DNA of 34,215 nt from an uncultured archaeon (GCA_964514495.1 CAZERL010000002.1:1-34215); one strand, 5' to 3'. Counted from the first letter of the stretch, positions 16,764-26,092 are shown. Numbers and translations are program-made. The notes: a model not told the origin generated them from the letters alone.

Positions 16764-18218
16764 TCATCTCACAACTTTTACTGAATCTATGTTAACAAGC
16801 TCACTGAATAGTCCATCTGCCTCCCACACAATTTTATATTCTGCATTCGGATTATCTACACTTTTGCTCAACCAATTATCCACAGTGTACTGCCCTTGTA
16901 TGTCAGTAGGCTCTACACCCTGTTCAAGAAGCGCATTAACATCGTTCCAAATGTTGTCGTAGAATTGAATAGTGTTGTAAGTAAGCACGACACCAAAACC
17001 TCCAATCAATGCTATAGTAAGTAGATAAGGAGTTAATTCCTTTATCCTCGTGGAAAGGAAAATCAAAATAAAAGGCAAAAATATCAGATAATATTTGAGT
17101 ATGAATACACCTATTTTGAAGAATGTAAAGGTTATGCATCCAAGAATAGCAAAAAAAGCGTAATTCAGGATTTTTGATTTTAACCTTTCTTGTAAAATTA
17201 GCGTACCAATACTCAACCCAGAATAAGAAAATATTAATGTTGCAACGAATACTACTATACTGTTTCCATGTACTATGAAATTCTTACCAGATAATGTTGC
17301 AAGAGCAGCAAATATGAAAGAAGTTATGATAATAAAAATTTGCGATGGCACACGAAATTTTCCAATTGCAATCTCGGCATTTAGATACTTTCTAACATAG
17401 AGGCCAAACGGCAGGAACATGAAACCAAGAAAAATAGCATCTTGAAGCAATCTATATGGACTTTGCAAGCCTATGCCAAATTGCGGAGAAAGTAGTGCGT
17501 GTTTGTTTGTAGTAGGTACAGTAATAGGATTTGTAATACTACCAGTAGTTAAGTAGAAATATCCAAAGAATGCTATCAAGAACAACAAAACTGGCATTCC
17601 AGTAAGTAGTTTATTAAATGGTTTTGATATCAAATAGCTTTTACCTCCGCCAAGGTTCATAAGTAAAAACAGAAAAGTTGCTAATGAAGGTATGATATCA
17701 GTCTGCCTGTTTAAGAATCCAACAATTCCAAATCCAAAACCAAGGTTCAATAACATGTTGCTGTCAGCTTTTAGACCCTTGACTATCAACAAGGTAGACA
17801 TTATGTAAAGTGGTATGGAAATAGGTTCTGTCATGAATTGCCTTGTATAGGTTGCAACAAATGGATTAGTAAGTAAAATGAATGAGCTCAATATTGCTAT
17901 ATTAGATTTTACGCCAAACTCCTTTAGCAACAGGTACATTAATGGTGTTAATGTAGCAGCAAAAAGCATCATTATAAATCTCAAGAGGACTAACGGTAGG
18001 TTAGACTGTATAATCGGCATTCCAACCAGCATTGTCAGGTAGGATGTTGATTGTAGCCAGTTAGGTTGGGTCTTGCCTTCCAGCAAAAGTTCGGTTTGGG
18101 CTATGTAGCTTGCCTCGTCATCCACAGGATATTCAATTGTATAAGCCAGTGAAAGCAGAAATGCAAGCGACAAAAAATACAGAAGGACGGCATTTTTGTA
18201 AAGATTGGCTGATGTCAT
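16764..18218 (-). CDS. GT-C-like (ArnT/PMT_2-like) polytopic membrane protein, paralogue B
   Basis: 484 aa with the first loop YPVDDEASYIAQTELLLEGK. It is a tandem duplicate of the upstream-coordinate gene, with only 1 nt between the two ORFs. Confidence 0.55.
   Translation of the reverse strand: MTSANLYKNAVLLYFLSLAFLLSLAYTIEYPVDDEASYIAQTELLLEGKTQPNWLQSTSYLTMLVGMPIIQSNLPLVLLRFIMMLFAATLTPLMYLLLKEFGVKSNIAILSSFILLTNPFVATYTRQFMTEPISIPLYIMSTLLIVKGLKADSNMLLNLGFGFGIVGFLNRQTDIIPSLATFLFLLMNLGGGKSYLISKPFNKLLTGMPVLLFLIAFFGYFYLTTGSITNPITVPTTNKHALLSPQFGIGLQSPYRLLQDAIFLGFMFLPFGLYVRKYLNAEIAIGKFRVPSQIFIIITSFIFAALATLSGKNFIVHGNSIVVFVATLIFSYSGLSIGTLILQERLKSKILNYAFFAILGCITFTFFKIGVFILKYYLIFLPFILIFLSTRIKELTPYLLTIALIGGFGVVLTYNTIQFYDNIWNDVNALLEQGVEPTDIQGQYTVDNWLSKSVDNPNAEYKIVWEADGLFSELVNIDSVKVVR
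18030..18080 (-). repeat. Near-identical 51-nt tract shared with 16571-16621
   Basis: See the partner repeat. The three mismatches are at 18054, 18060 and 18066. Confidence 0.8.
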
Positions 18219-18332
18219 AATACCAGTTGCCGATGATAATGCAGCATATAAAGTTAATAAAGCGATACTTATTAAATTAAATAAACTTTAAGATAGGTTT
18301 CAAATGATATCATCGATTTAGAGGGAAGCCAT

Positions 18333-19376
18333 ATGAAAGTCTTAGTCACAGGGGGTTCAGGTCTAGTTGGGTCATACTGTTGCCAGCACTATGCAAGCCA
18401 AGGGCATCAGGTTATCGCTGTAGACAATTTCATGCGCGGCAAGCTCTTCGGGAAAATGGGCGACACAAAATCGAATGTGGACATATTGTCCGAGAAATTC
18501 AAAAATAAAATAGAATTCCACAATCTGGACATTCGTGACGAAGAGAAGATGAAAAAATTGGTCTCTGAAGCTGGTTTGATTGTGCATACGGCTGCACAAC
18601 CGTCACACCCGAAATCCATTGAAATTCCACTTGAAGATTTCTCCATCAACGCATGGGGCACTTTGATTCTTCTTGAGCTGACAAGAAAGTTTAATGACGA
18701 TGCCGTTTTTGTTAACTGTTCGACGAATAAGGTCTATGGTGAAAACCCGAATACTATACCTGAAATCATTGAAAAACAGACACGCTACGATTATGCCGAC
18801 AGAGACGGTATTGATGAAAGCTTACCGTTAGACAACACAATCCATACTCCATTTGGCGTTAGCAAACTTGCGGCCGACTTGTACGGCCAGGAATACGGTA
18901 AATTATATGGTTTGAAGGTTGGAACTTTCAGGATGGGCTGTATAACTGGGCCAATGGCAAAGGCTGTTGAACTGCACAACTGGGAGCCGTATTTCATATG
19001 GATGAACATGCAAGGCAAGACACTGAATATTTTTGGTTTCAAAGGGAAGCAGGTCAGGGATGTCATTGATGCAAGAGATTTGGTGAGGGCATTCAGCATG
19101 TTTGCAGAAAAGCCGAGGCCTGGGGAGGCTTACAACATGGGGGGAGGGAGGAAAAATTCAATATCACTGCTGGAGTCGTTCAAGCTGATAGAAGACATCA
19201 CAGGCAAGCCTATGAAATGGGTATTGAAGCTTAAGAGAGAAGGAGACCATCAGGTTTACATAAGCGACCTAAACAAGTTCAAATCACATTACCCGAAATG
19301 GGATATACAGATAGATTTGGAAACAATTTTTTCAGACATCTATAATTGGCTGTTAAAGTATCCTCCAACCGCCTAA
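18333..19376 (+). CDS. CDP-paratose 2-epimerase-like extended SDR
   Basis: Motifs seen are VTGGSGLVGS, CSTNKVYGENP, TRYDYADRDGIDESLPLD, TPFGVSKLAADLY, GKQVRDVIDARDL and NMGGGRKNSISLLESFKLIED. These parallel remembered tyvelose-epimerase blocks (SSTNKVYGD, GYDEST, SPYGCSKGAADQY, GKQVRDVLH, NIGGxxxNSLSLLELF). Confidence 0.7.
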   Translation: MKVLVTGGSGLVGSYCCQHYASQGHQVIAVDNFMRGKLFGKMGDTKSNVDILSEKFKNKIEFHNLDIRDEEKMKKLVSEAGLIVHTAAQPSHPKSIEIPLEDFSINAWGTLILLELTRKFNDDAVFVNCSTNKVYGENPNTIPEIIEKQTRYDYADRDGIDESLPLDNTIHTPFGVSKLAADLYGQEYGKLYGLKVGTFRMGCITGPMAKAVELHNWEPYFIWMNMQGKTLNIFGFKGKQVRDVIDARDLVRAFSMFAEKPRPGEAYNMGGGRKNSISLLESFKLIEDITGKPMKWVLKLKREGDHQVYISDLNKFKSHYPKWDIQIDLETIFSDIYNWLLKYPPTA

Positions 19377-19383
19377 GGCTCAG

Positions 19384-20073
19384 GTGTATATATTGCAAAA
19401 TGACCTAACAGTTATTCTGCCTATTTACAATGAGGAGAAGGCCCTGGAAAATATTATCGAGCTGGTGAATTCTCATGTCGACTGCACTATTTTGGCTGTG
19501 AACGATGCGAGCACTGACAACTCGATGGAAATTCTTAGGAGTCTTGAGAAAAAATATAAAAACCTTAAGGTTATTTCTCGGGAAAAAAATGGGGGTCATG
19601 GGGCGGCGCTTAAGACAGGATTTGCCAATGTAAAGACCAAATTTCTCGCATTTCTTGATGCCGATATGACATATCACCCAAAATACATAAAACAATTGTT
19701 CCAAGTTGTCAAGAAAGAGAATCTTGACTGCGCATGGTGCAACAGATTTGGTGGGAAATCCAATCGGATGCCGCTGATAAGAGTTGTGGGCAACCAAATT
19801 GTGAATCTTTTGTTGTTTCTTATGACCGGCCAATACATTGGAGATGCCACATCTGGACAAAGACTTTTTAGGACGTCGTCGTTAAGAAAACTCAATCCTG
19901 AAACTTTGCCAGACAAGCTGGACATGGTGTCGGCTTTATCCAAGAGAACTTTGTCGCGAAGATTGAAGTTCAAGATTATTCCATGCGATTATGCAGAGCG
20001 GGAAGGCAGATCTAAGCTGAACCTGGTAATTGATTTCCTAAAAATGCTGAAAGACGTGATATTCGAGAAATAA
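19384..20073 (+). CDS. GT2 glycosyltransferase, polyprenyl-phosphate sugar synthase-like
   Basis: Motifs seen are LTVILPIYNEEKAL, ILAVNDASTDNS, FLDADMTYHP and ATSGQRLFR. It uses a GTG start and is 229 aa without an obvious TM helix. Confidence 0.7.
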   Translation: MYILQNDLTVILPIYNEEKALENIIELVNSHVDCTILAVNDASTDNSMEILRSLEKKYKNLKVISREKNGGHGAALKTGFANVKTKFLAFLDADMTYHPKYIKQLFQVVKKENLDCAWCNRFGGKSNRMPLIRVVGNQIVNLLLFLMTGQYIGDATSGQRLFRTSSLRKLNPETLPDKLDMVSALSKRTLSRRLKFKIIPCDYAEREGRSKLNLVIDFLKMLKDVIFEK

Positions 20074-20075
20074 TT

Positions 20076-21248
20076 TTAAAATGACACAGATGAATTTTGG
20101 GTTTCCTTGTTATTGAAGTGTCTGTCCACCTCCTCGGCAAGCTTTTCAGATGCAGGTATTGCCGCAGTAACCTTTCCTGAGAACACAGACCAAAATCCGT
20201 CCCCATTGTATACGATTTCAGTCGGCCTGGCGTCGTCATTGTCCCTGTTGGGCAGTACCATGCGGGTTTCATATGCCGAATAAAGATATTTACAGTTTTT
20301 CATCTCAAGCATGTATTCTTTCGCCTTTTCCATGTATGTTTTGAATCTCAACTTCCTATTCGCGTCGTTGTCATAATAGCTGATGTTATGCTCGAACTCA
20401 GGTATTTTGCCAAAACTTCTTTCTAGGACAGACAACTCGACATCATATAGCATATAGTCTTCAGAAAACCCGAAGGGGAGGATGCCAAAAAATGGACCGT
20501 CCATAATTGCACAGCCTGTCTTGTTGACCCAAGGCACTTTGGCGATTACAACCTCGCAAAGCTCGTATTGATAATTTTTTGTCTCGAAGCCAGCCATGTC
20601 AGCCAAGACATTTATATTACCATAAGTGGCGTTAATTACAGCATCATATTTTTTCACCCGTGGCTTTTCCATAACATTGTAGTGGATCTCGAATCCATTT
20701 CCCAGATTCACGATACTCTCAACATTTGTTCCTAACAGCAATGTTATCGTATCATATTTAATTAGCATCGTCCTCAACGACTTTCGAAGCAGATTCGCAT
20801 CGTACACTTTTTCCGGGACTTTTATGCACAGTTCTATCTTGTCCGATAATGTGATTGCCTTAGGGAATTCTTTTGAATAGGGGAGACCGAGCTTGTCACA
20901 AAAATTCAGGTATTCTTCGCCGCTGAGTAGGCTTCCTGATTTGGCAACGCAGTAAAAGTGGTCGAAATTGCCAACCACGGTTTCGCTGAACATACTTCTG
21001 TAGGCCTTTTGAAAAATAAGTGAGGATTTTGCTGTTTCATAGCTCCTTGGATAATGGTAGCCCATGTGAAGCCTGTTTTGGTTTATGTATGATGCCCCAA
21101 GTACAATGTCACTCTTTCTCTCAAAGATTGTGACGTGGAACCCCTTTTCAGCCAATTTCAATGCCACCATTGCACCAAAAATACCCCCGCCTATTACTGC
21201 TATATGCTTGGTGTCAACAGCGTGCACAGGCAGTTTCTTAAAAGCCAT
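20076..21248 (-). CDS. FAD-dependent oxidoreductase (DAO/GR2-type Rossmann)
   Basis: HIAVIGGGIFGAMVALKLAEKGFHVTIFER is a classic dinucleotide-binding beta-alpha-beta motif with a terminal acidic residue. I prefer the ATG at 21248 (MAFKK...) over the TTG-initiated ORF-track start at 21302. Confidence 0.7.
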   Translation of the reverse strand: MAFKKLPVHAVDTKHIAVIGGGIFGAMVALKLAEKGFHVTIFERKSDIVLGASYINQNRLHMGYHYPRSYETAKSSLIFQKAYRSMFSETVVGNFDHFYCVAKSGSLLSGEEYLNFCDKLGLPYSKEFPKAITLSDKIELCIKVPEKVYDANLLRKSLRTMLIKYDTITLLLGTNVESIVNLGNGFEIHYNVMEKPRVKKYDAVINATYGNINVLADMAGFETKNYQYELCEVVIAKVPWVNKTGCAIMDGPFFGILPFGFSEDYMLYDVELSVLERSFGKIPEFEHNISYYDNDANRKLRFKTYMEKAKEYMLEMKNCKYLYSAYETRMVLPNRDNDDARPTEIVYNGDGFWSVFSGKVTAAIPASEKLAEEVDRHFNNKETQNSSVSF

Positions 21249-21304
21249 ATTAACAAAATATAGAATGACAAAATACTTAATAACCTTTTGAAATCCAAGC
21301 AATC

Positions 21305-23272
21305 TTATCCGCTGTAAATCAATTCAAGCATGATGTCACCGTTCTCGTCCGATGCAAGCTCTATCATCCCAAAGTCATTCCTGCCGGTTTCAACTTTTCT
21401 TCCATTTAAATATGCTTTCCAATATGGATGGTAGGTTATCTTAACAGTAATGAGCGAGTTTTTATCTGTAATATGGAACGAAAATTTCTTGTGTTCTATC
21501 TCAGTCTTGATTACCTTGGAATTTGCATCTTGTCCATTGATTCTGATCCAGGTTGGTGAGTAGTTTTCTAATGAAAATATAGAGAAGCTACCATATGTTA
21601 CGTTTTTCCTAAAAGATTCCGAACTGGCCAATTTGTCGTCTAGGTGCTTTTCTGAAGTTACAAAATACATCGCGTTATATGTTTTAAGTGCTTCAACGAT
21701 TTCTGAGGTTTCGATATTTTGGACAGTGGATTCAAGAAGCTGGCCGCCCCCGGAATATATTTTTTTAGATATTGTAGGGAAGCCACCTTGCCAAGTGCCC
21801 ACAGATTCTATTTTGGTGTTATGGGTCGACAATGCAAACATATGAGAGTTCCGCAGATTTACATCCTCAGAATTGCCATATGTATTTTGGTAGAATACTC
21901 TGGTCTCATCGGGGGATACGTTTTCCTTCAGCCATAACCAGATTTTGTTCAAATTCTCCAATTCTTCGACATCTTTGGAAGTTTTGGTGCTTAGCAATTC
22001 TTGGATCTGCGTAAACGACAGCAGAAGGATTACATATACAATCAGATAGAAAAACGGAAAGTTGCCTTTACGAGTCTTTCTATCAAAATTTGACAAAATC
22101 GAGTTATTGGCTAGCATTGAAAGCCCATGCGCTGCAAAAAACACCATGATTATCCGCGCATAAACAAAATATCTTGGGAATTGGAACAAGCCGCTCACAA
22201 GTGGCAAATAATTTTCTAATAAAGGCTTCAAGATGCCGCTCGCAATAACTACAGTCAGAACCAAAGCGGCAAGATATACAGTCAGCTCAAAATTTCTCCC
22301 ACTGCTTTTCAGGTAAGCTACCAGACCTGCGATTGCAAGTATGCTGAAGATGAGTTCTGCAATATTTAGAATGCTGAGGGTTGCTAAATTGCCCATGTTA
22401 GCGATTACATTTTCGAATCTGATTTCTCCTTTTTCCCAGCCGACTTTAGTCTTTATACTCTCGGCACGCAAATGGGGCAAGAACAAATAACCCATGCTTT
22501 TGAATGTTAATGTAGATAACCTTTCTGATTCTACAGATTTGTAGGTCTGCAGCAAGCTACCCGAGTCAAGTAAGAGTTTCCATGGCATGAGCATAAAGCC
22601 TATCAACCAACTAATTAATAGAAGCAACAATAACTTCCTGATTTTACCTTTAAACATTATTTTCTTGATGAACAGAAAAATTAGAGTAAAGTACGCAAGA
22701 AATATTATTGTGAATGGATGTGAAAGGAAAGATAGGGAAATTAAAATACCAAGCAATATGTATTGAACTAATTCCAACTTTAGCCCCTGTTTTGTTATCA
22801 GATAAATATAAATCAAGCCAAAGACTAAGCCGAGATATTGACCCCACAAGCCATTTAGGATAAAAGACAGGAAATCGAACTGGAAAAGGATCAAGACTGA
22901 TATAATTAAAGCAACACTTCTGCCAAAGGTATTTTTTAGAATTAGGTAAACCAAGACTATTGGAATCAAGTAAGAAAAATAGACCAACAACTTATAGGAT
23001 GTTGCGACATCTGACCCTAAAATGTAATGGATAAATGACACTATCCAATACCCCAATGGATAATTGTAAGCAAATATAGGAAATCCAGCAGATTCTATAT
23101 TTGACCAACCGAATAATTTCCCTTTCGGTGTCAGTTCTTCAATCAAGTAATAAGATTCGGCCAAATGCGGCGGATTATCTTGCGCAATCAGATAACCATC
23201 TTTAAAAATAGGACTTATTAGCAACAAACTTGTGATTACTATTACCGCAATACTTGCAATGTCTTTTTTCAT
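21305..23272 (-). CDS. YfhO-like / GT-C-type polytopic membrane protein
   Basis: 655 aa with many TM helices in the N-terminal roughly 420 aa. The first loop is AQDNPPHLAESYY. A soluble C-terminal domain ends in KITYHPYWKAYLNGRKVE, echoing the C-terminus of the 740-aa protein. Confidence 0.5.
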   Translation of the reverse strand: MKKDIASIAVIVITSLLLISPIFKDGYLIAQDNPPHLAESYYLIEELTPKGKLFGWSNIESAGFPIFAYNYPLGYWIVSFIHYILGSDVATSYKLLVYFSYLIPIVLVYLILKNTFGRSVALIISVLILFQFDFLSFILNGLWGQYLGLVFGLIYIYLITKQGLKLELVQYILLGILISLSFLSHPFTIIFLAYFTLIFLFIKKIMFKGKIRKLLLLLLISWLIGFMLMPWKLLLDSGSLLQTYKSVESERLSTLTFKSMGYLFLPHLRAESIKTKVGWEKGEIRFENVIANMGNLATLSILNIAELIFSILAIAGLVAYLKSSGRNFELTVYLAALVLTVVIASGILKPLLENYLPLVSGLFQFPRYFVYARIIMVFFAAHGLSMLANNSILSNFDRKTRKGNFPFFYLIVYVILLLSFTQIQELLSTKTSKDVEELENLNKIWLWLKENVSPDETRVFYQNTYGNSEDVNLRNSHMFALSTHNTKIESVGTWQGGFPTISKKIYSGGGQLLESTVQNIETSEIVEALKTYNAMYFVTSEKHLDDKLASSESFRKNVTYGSFSIFSLENYSPTWIRINGQDANSKVIKTEIEHKKFSFHITDKNSLITVKITYHPYWKAYLNGRKVETGRNDFGMIELASDENGDIMLELIYSG

Positions 23273-23294
23273 TCAATCACTTCAAGGTTGTTAA

Positions 23295-23305
23295 TTTATA
23301 TATTT
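23295..23305 (+). promoter_or_regulatory. TATA-like box for the RmlD-like gene
   Basis: TTTATATATTT is centred about 26 nt upstream of the ATG at 23326. This supports 23326 rather than 23308 as the start codon. Confidence 0.4.
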
Positions 23306-23325
23306 AATTGCAAATCATCACCATT

Positions 23326-24177
23326 ATGAAAATACTGATAACTGGTGTGAGCGGTCAATTGGGCGGTGAGCTTTATAAGATTTCTGAATATGAGAACTAT
23401 GGAACTTACTTGTCTAATTTGCCTAAGAATATTGGCAAAAACATGAATAAAGTAGATATTGCAAAATTTGACGATATATTTAATTTTATAAAAAGAATAA
23501 AACCAGACTGGGTTATTCACTGTACTGCTTTGAGGAATGTAGACCTGTGCGAAGAAAACAAGGAACTGGCATGGAAATCCAATGTCATTGGAACTGAAAA
23601 CATAGTTGGCGCATGCAAGAAATTTGGCGTGAAGATGGTTTATGTCTCTACGGATTATGTTTTCGATGGCAATAATGGGGCTTACAAAGAAGAGGATATA
23701 CCAAATCCAGTAAATTTTTACGGGAAAACCAAAATTATAGGCGAATGGTTAGTACGAAATGTTGAATATTTCCTTATAGTCAGGCCAAGCATGATCATCA
23801 GCAACACACCAGGAAATTATGTAGATTTTACAATTAACGGCTTAAAGAACGGTGGTATTAGTGGTGCAACAGACATCAAAAGTTCTCCTACTTTGGTTTC
23901 GGAGTTGGCTGAAGCAGTGATTACTGCAATAGAAAAAGATTTGTCTGGAATTTATCATATGGCTGGCGATGAAATGGTATCTAGATATGATTTCATGAGA
24001 ATGGTTGCAAAGAATTTTGGTTATGACAGTGATTTGGTTAAACCAACAACTAGTGTAGAATTGAAGTTCAAAGCAAAAAGACCCAAAGACACATCTCTAG
24101 ACATTACAAAGTCTAAGAAAATGAAAATAAAATTTTCGGCGTTGAATGAATCGCTCAAAGAAATAAAATTTAATTAG
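23326..24177 (+). CDS. dTDP-4-dehydrorhamnose reductase (RmlD)-like NDP-4-keto-sugar reductase
   Basis: MKILITGVSGQLG, the RmlD hallmark STDYVFDG and NFYGKTKIIGE (YxxxK) are present. It is about 283 aa from ATG 23326. Confidence 0.75.
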   Translation: MKILITGVSGQLGGELYKISEYENYGTYLSNLPKNIGKNMNKVDIAKFDDIFNFIKRIKPDWVIHCTALRNVDLCEENKELAWKSNVIGTENIVGACKKFGVKMVYVSTDYVFDGNNGAYKEEDIPNPVNFYGKTKIIGEWLVRNVEYFLIVRPSMIISNTPGNYVDFTINGLKNGGISGATDIKSSPTLVSELAEAVITAIEKDLSGIYHMAGDEMVSRYDFMRMVAKNFGYDSDLVKPTTSVELKFKAKRPKDTSLDITKSKKMKIKFSALNESLKEIKFN

Positions 24178-24188
24178 AAGTTTAGCTG

Positions 24189-24710
24189 TTACTTTACTAG
24201 CTTAATCACAAAGTCCATGAAATCCCTAACATGAGGGTGCAAACTTTTCCTGAATTCGTGAGTATAATTTTTCGGCAAAATTATTGTGGGATTCCTGTGA
24301 TACTTATCCAACTTTAATTTTCCCTTCCCCCTTCCAAAGAACATGAAAATAATGTTGTCAGTTCCATTCCCATGATTAAACGGCTCTGTCTTGAAAAACA
24401 CCCTGACATGGCCCAATTCTTTTATGTCTTCCAGCTCAAGATTGCATTCTTCATTGACTTTCTCTCTTAGGGAATCTTCGATTCTCATCCCCCGCTTTAT
24501 CCTACCACCTATGGGCCAGAGGATGTCCTTAGGCGTGTAGACATTCCTTCTTATCAGCAAAGCGCCGCCATTGTACTGGATAATTATATCGTGGCATGGT
24601 ATTACTAACCCTTTGTGTGCGGTAATGTATTCCTGCAAGGGCATAAGCGGAGCCTGCAGCAGGCTGATGCCGTCAGTTTTCTTGAAATCCACTTTGTATT
24701 CTTTCACCAA
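24189..24710 (-). CDS. Nudix-fold-like protein with a degenerate Nudix box (GDP-mannose mannosyl hydrolase-like?)
   Basis: In this 173-aa protein, WPIGGRIKRGMRIEDSLREKVNEECNLEL resembles GGx5Ex7REUxEExGU, but it has a one-residue insertion and substitutions. Confidence 0.4.
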   Translation of the reverse strand: MVKEYKVDFKKTDGISLLQAPLMPLQEYITAHKGLVIPCHDIIIQYNGGALLIRRNVYTPKDILWPIGGRIKRGMRIEDSLREKVNEECNLELEDIKELGHVRVFFKTEPFNHGNGTDNIIFMFFGRGKGKLKLDKYHRNPTIILPKNYTHEFRKSLHPHVRDFMDFVIKLVK

Positions 24711-24752
24711 TTAAACCTCTTACCTGCTTTTATTTTAATGGAAAAGGCTTTC

Positions 24753-24764
24753 ATATATTTAAAT
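24753..24764 (+). promoter_or_regulatory. TATA-like box for the C-methyltransferase gene
   Basis: ATATATTTAAAT is centred about 29 nt upstream of the ATG at 24787. It lies in a 76-nt divergent intergenic region. Confidence 0.3.
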
Positions 24765-24786
24765 CATTATCTGGCATACTGATAGT

Positions 24787-26043
24787 ATGCAATTCGACGC
24801 ACGTGAAAATATGGTAGGCCCGGTAACTGGATGCCAGATTTGCCACAGCAAAGATCTGGAACCTATTCTTTCATTGGGGCATCAGCCGGTAGTCCAGCAG
24901 CATCTGACGCCTGAAAAGTTGCGGGAGCCAGAGATGGTATTTCCATTGAACTGGTGCAGATGCCCATCCTGCGGCTTGGTGCAAATAGATTACATCATAG
25001 ACCCGAAAGTGGTTTTCCATTCCGAATACCCATACCAGACAGGCATGACAAAAATGTTGATAGACAACTTTCGTGAACTGACATTCTTGATTGCTGCCAG
25101 ATACAAGTTGACTGAGAAGGATTTGGCTGTAGATATAGGCTCCAATGACGGGACTCTTCTTCAAGGCTTTAAGGCTAAAGGTATTCGCGTGCTGGGGGTT
25201 GAACCGACCAAGATTGCTTTCATTGCAGAGAGAAATGGGGTACCGACAGTGAATGACTTCTTCAGCGAGAAGGTGGCAGAAGAGATTGTTGAGAAGCATG
25301 GAAAGGCTAAGGCCATAACTGCCACAAATGTTTTTGCGCATGTCAATAACTTGACGTCTTTTCTCCGAGGGATCCATAAACTTCTTTCTGATGATGGCGT
25401 GTTTGTCACCGAATCACAATATCTGATGGACATAATGCAAAAATTGGAGTTTGATACGATATACCACGAGCATCTGCGCTTTTACTCGGTTAAGGCGCTT
25501 GTTGAATTGCATAGGAGGCACGGTTTCACAGTTGTTGATGCGGAAAGGATATCGTCATCCGGCGGTTCGATAAGGGTTTTTGCGATGAAAGGAGAAAGGG
25601 ATTCTAGTTCTAGGGTGCAGTTGTTAATCAGCGAAGAAGAGAAGGCAGGACTGTACAGCAGGGAAGTATATGAAGAGTTTAAAAATCGGCTGTTCGATGT
25701 GAAGCGCAAGATATTGCATTTGCTTATTGGTCTAAAACAAGAAGGGAACAGGATTGTAGGCATAGGTGCGCCTGCAAGGGCAAGCACTATCCTAGGATTT
25801 TTCAATCTTGATGGAAGCTTGCTGGATTACATATGCGAGCGCAAGGGCTCGCTTAAGATAGGCTTGTACACACCAGGAACCCATGTGCCTATTGTCGATG
25901 AGGAAAGGCTGTTCAATGACCAGCCGGAATATGCGATGCTGCTTTCTTGGCATATCGGCGACGATTTGGTGAAAAAGATGAAAGAAAATGGGTTCAAAGG
26001 AAAGTTCATAGTTCCACTCCCAGAACCAAAAATAATTGACTGA
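24787..26043 (+). CDS. NDP-hexose C-methyltransferase (TylCIII-like; zinc-binding N-domain, class I SAM MTase, C-methyltransferase C-domain)
   Basis: CQICHSKDLEPILSLGHQP...CRCPSCGLVQ is a 4-Cys zinc motif. VDIGSNDGTLL is SAM motif I. NVFAHVNN, FDTIYHEHLRFYS and SSGGSIRVFA are characteristic blocks of this family. Confidence 0.85.
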   Translation: MQFDARENMVGPVTGCQICHSKDLEPILSLGHQPVVQQHLTPEKLREPEMVFPLNWCRCPSCGLVQIDYIIDPKVVFHSEYPYQTGMTKMLIDNFRELTFLIAARYKLTEKDLAVDIGSNDGTLLQGFKAKGIRVLGVEPTKIAFIAERNGVPTVNDFFSEKVAEEIVEKHGKAKAITATNVFAHVNNLTSFLRGIHKLLSDDGVFVTESQYLMDIMQKLEFDTIYHEHLRFYSVKALVELHRRHGFTVVDAERISSSGGSIRVFAMKGERDSSSRVQLLISEEEKAGLYSREVYEEFKNRLFDVKRKILHLLIGLKQEGNRIVGIGAPARASTILGFFNLDGSLLDYICERKGSLKIGLYTPGTHVPIVDEERLFNDQPEYAMLLSWHIGDDLVKKMKENGFKGKFIVPLPEPKIID

Positions 26044-26092
26044 TTGTTCGCTACCATTATTCTTTATGTTTCGTCTATTCTACCAGTTCAAG

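Noticed and set aside
19405-19860. 151-aa and 99-aa ORFs on the - strand inside the 19384-20073 GT2 gene
   Set aside because: They are antisense shadows of a gene with clear GT2 motifs. The same reasoning applies to the antisense ORFs inside polB (1396-1770, 1870-2283, 3058-3465).
21249-21302. N-terminal extensions in the ORF track (TTG 21302, ATG 23308, TTG 26108, TTG 30202)
   Set aside because: Internal ATGs at 21248, 23326, 26123 and 30214 place the Rossmann or GT motifs at the normal distance from the N-terminus. For 23326 and 26123, the ATG also sits about 24-29 nt downstream of a TATA-like box. The extensions would overlap promoter sequence.
24871-25377. 168-aa ORF on the - strand, plus 25161-25433 and 25482-25805
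   Set aside because: They are antisense to the C-methyltransferase gene, whose family motifs are unambiguous. They have no recognisable domains.
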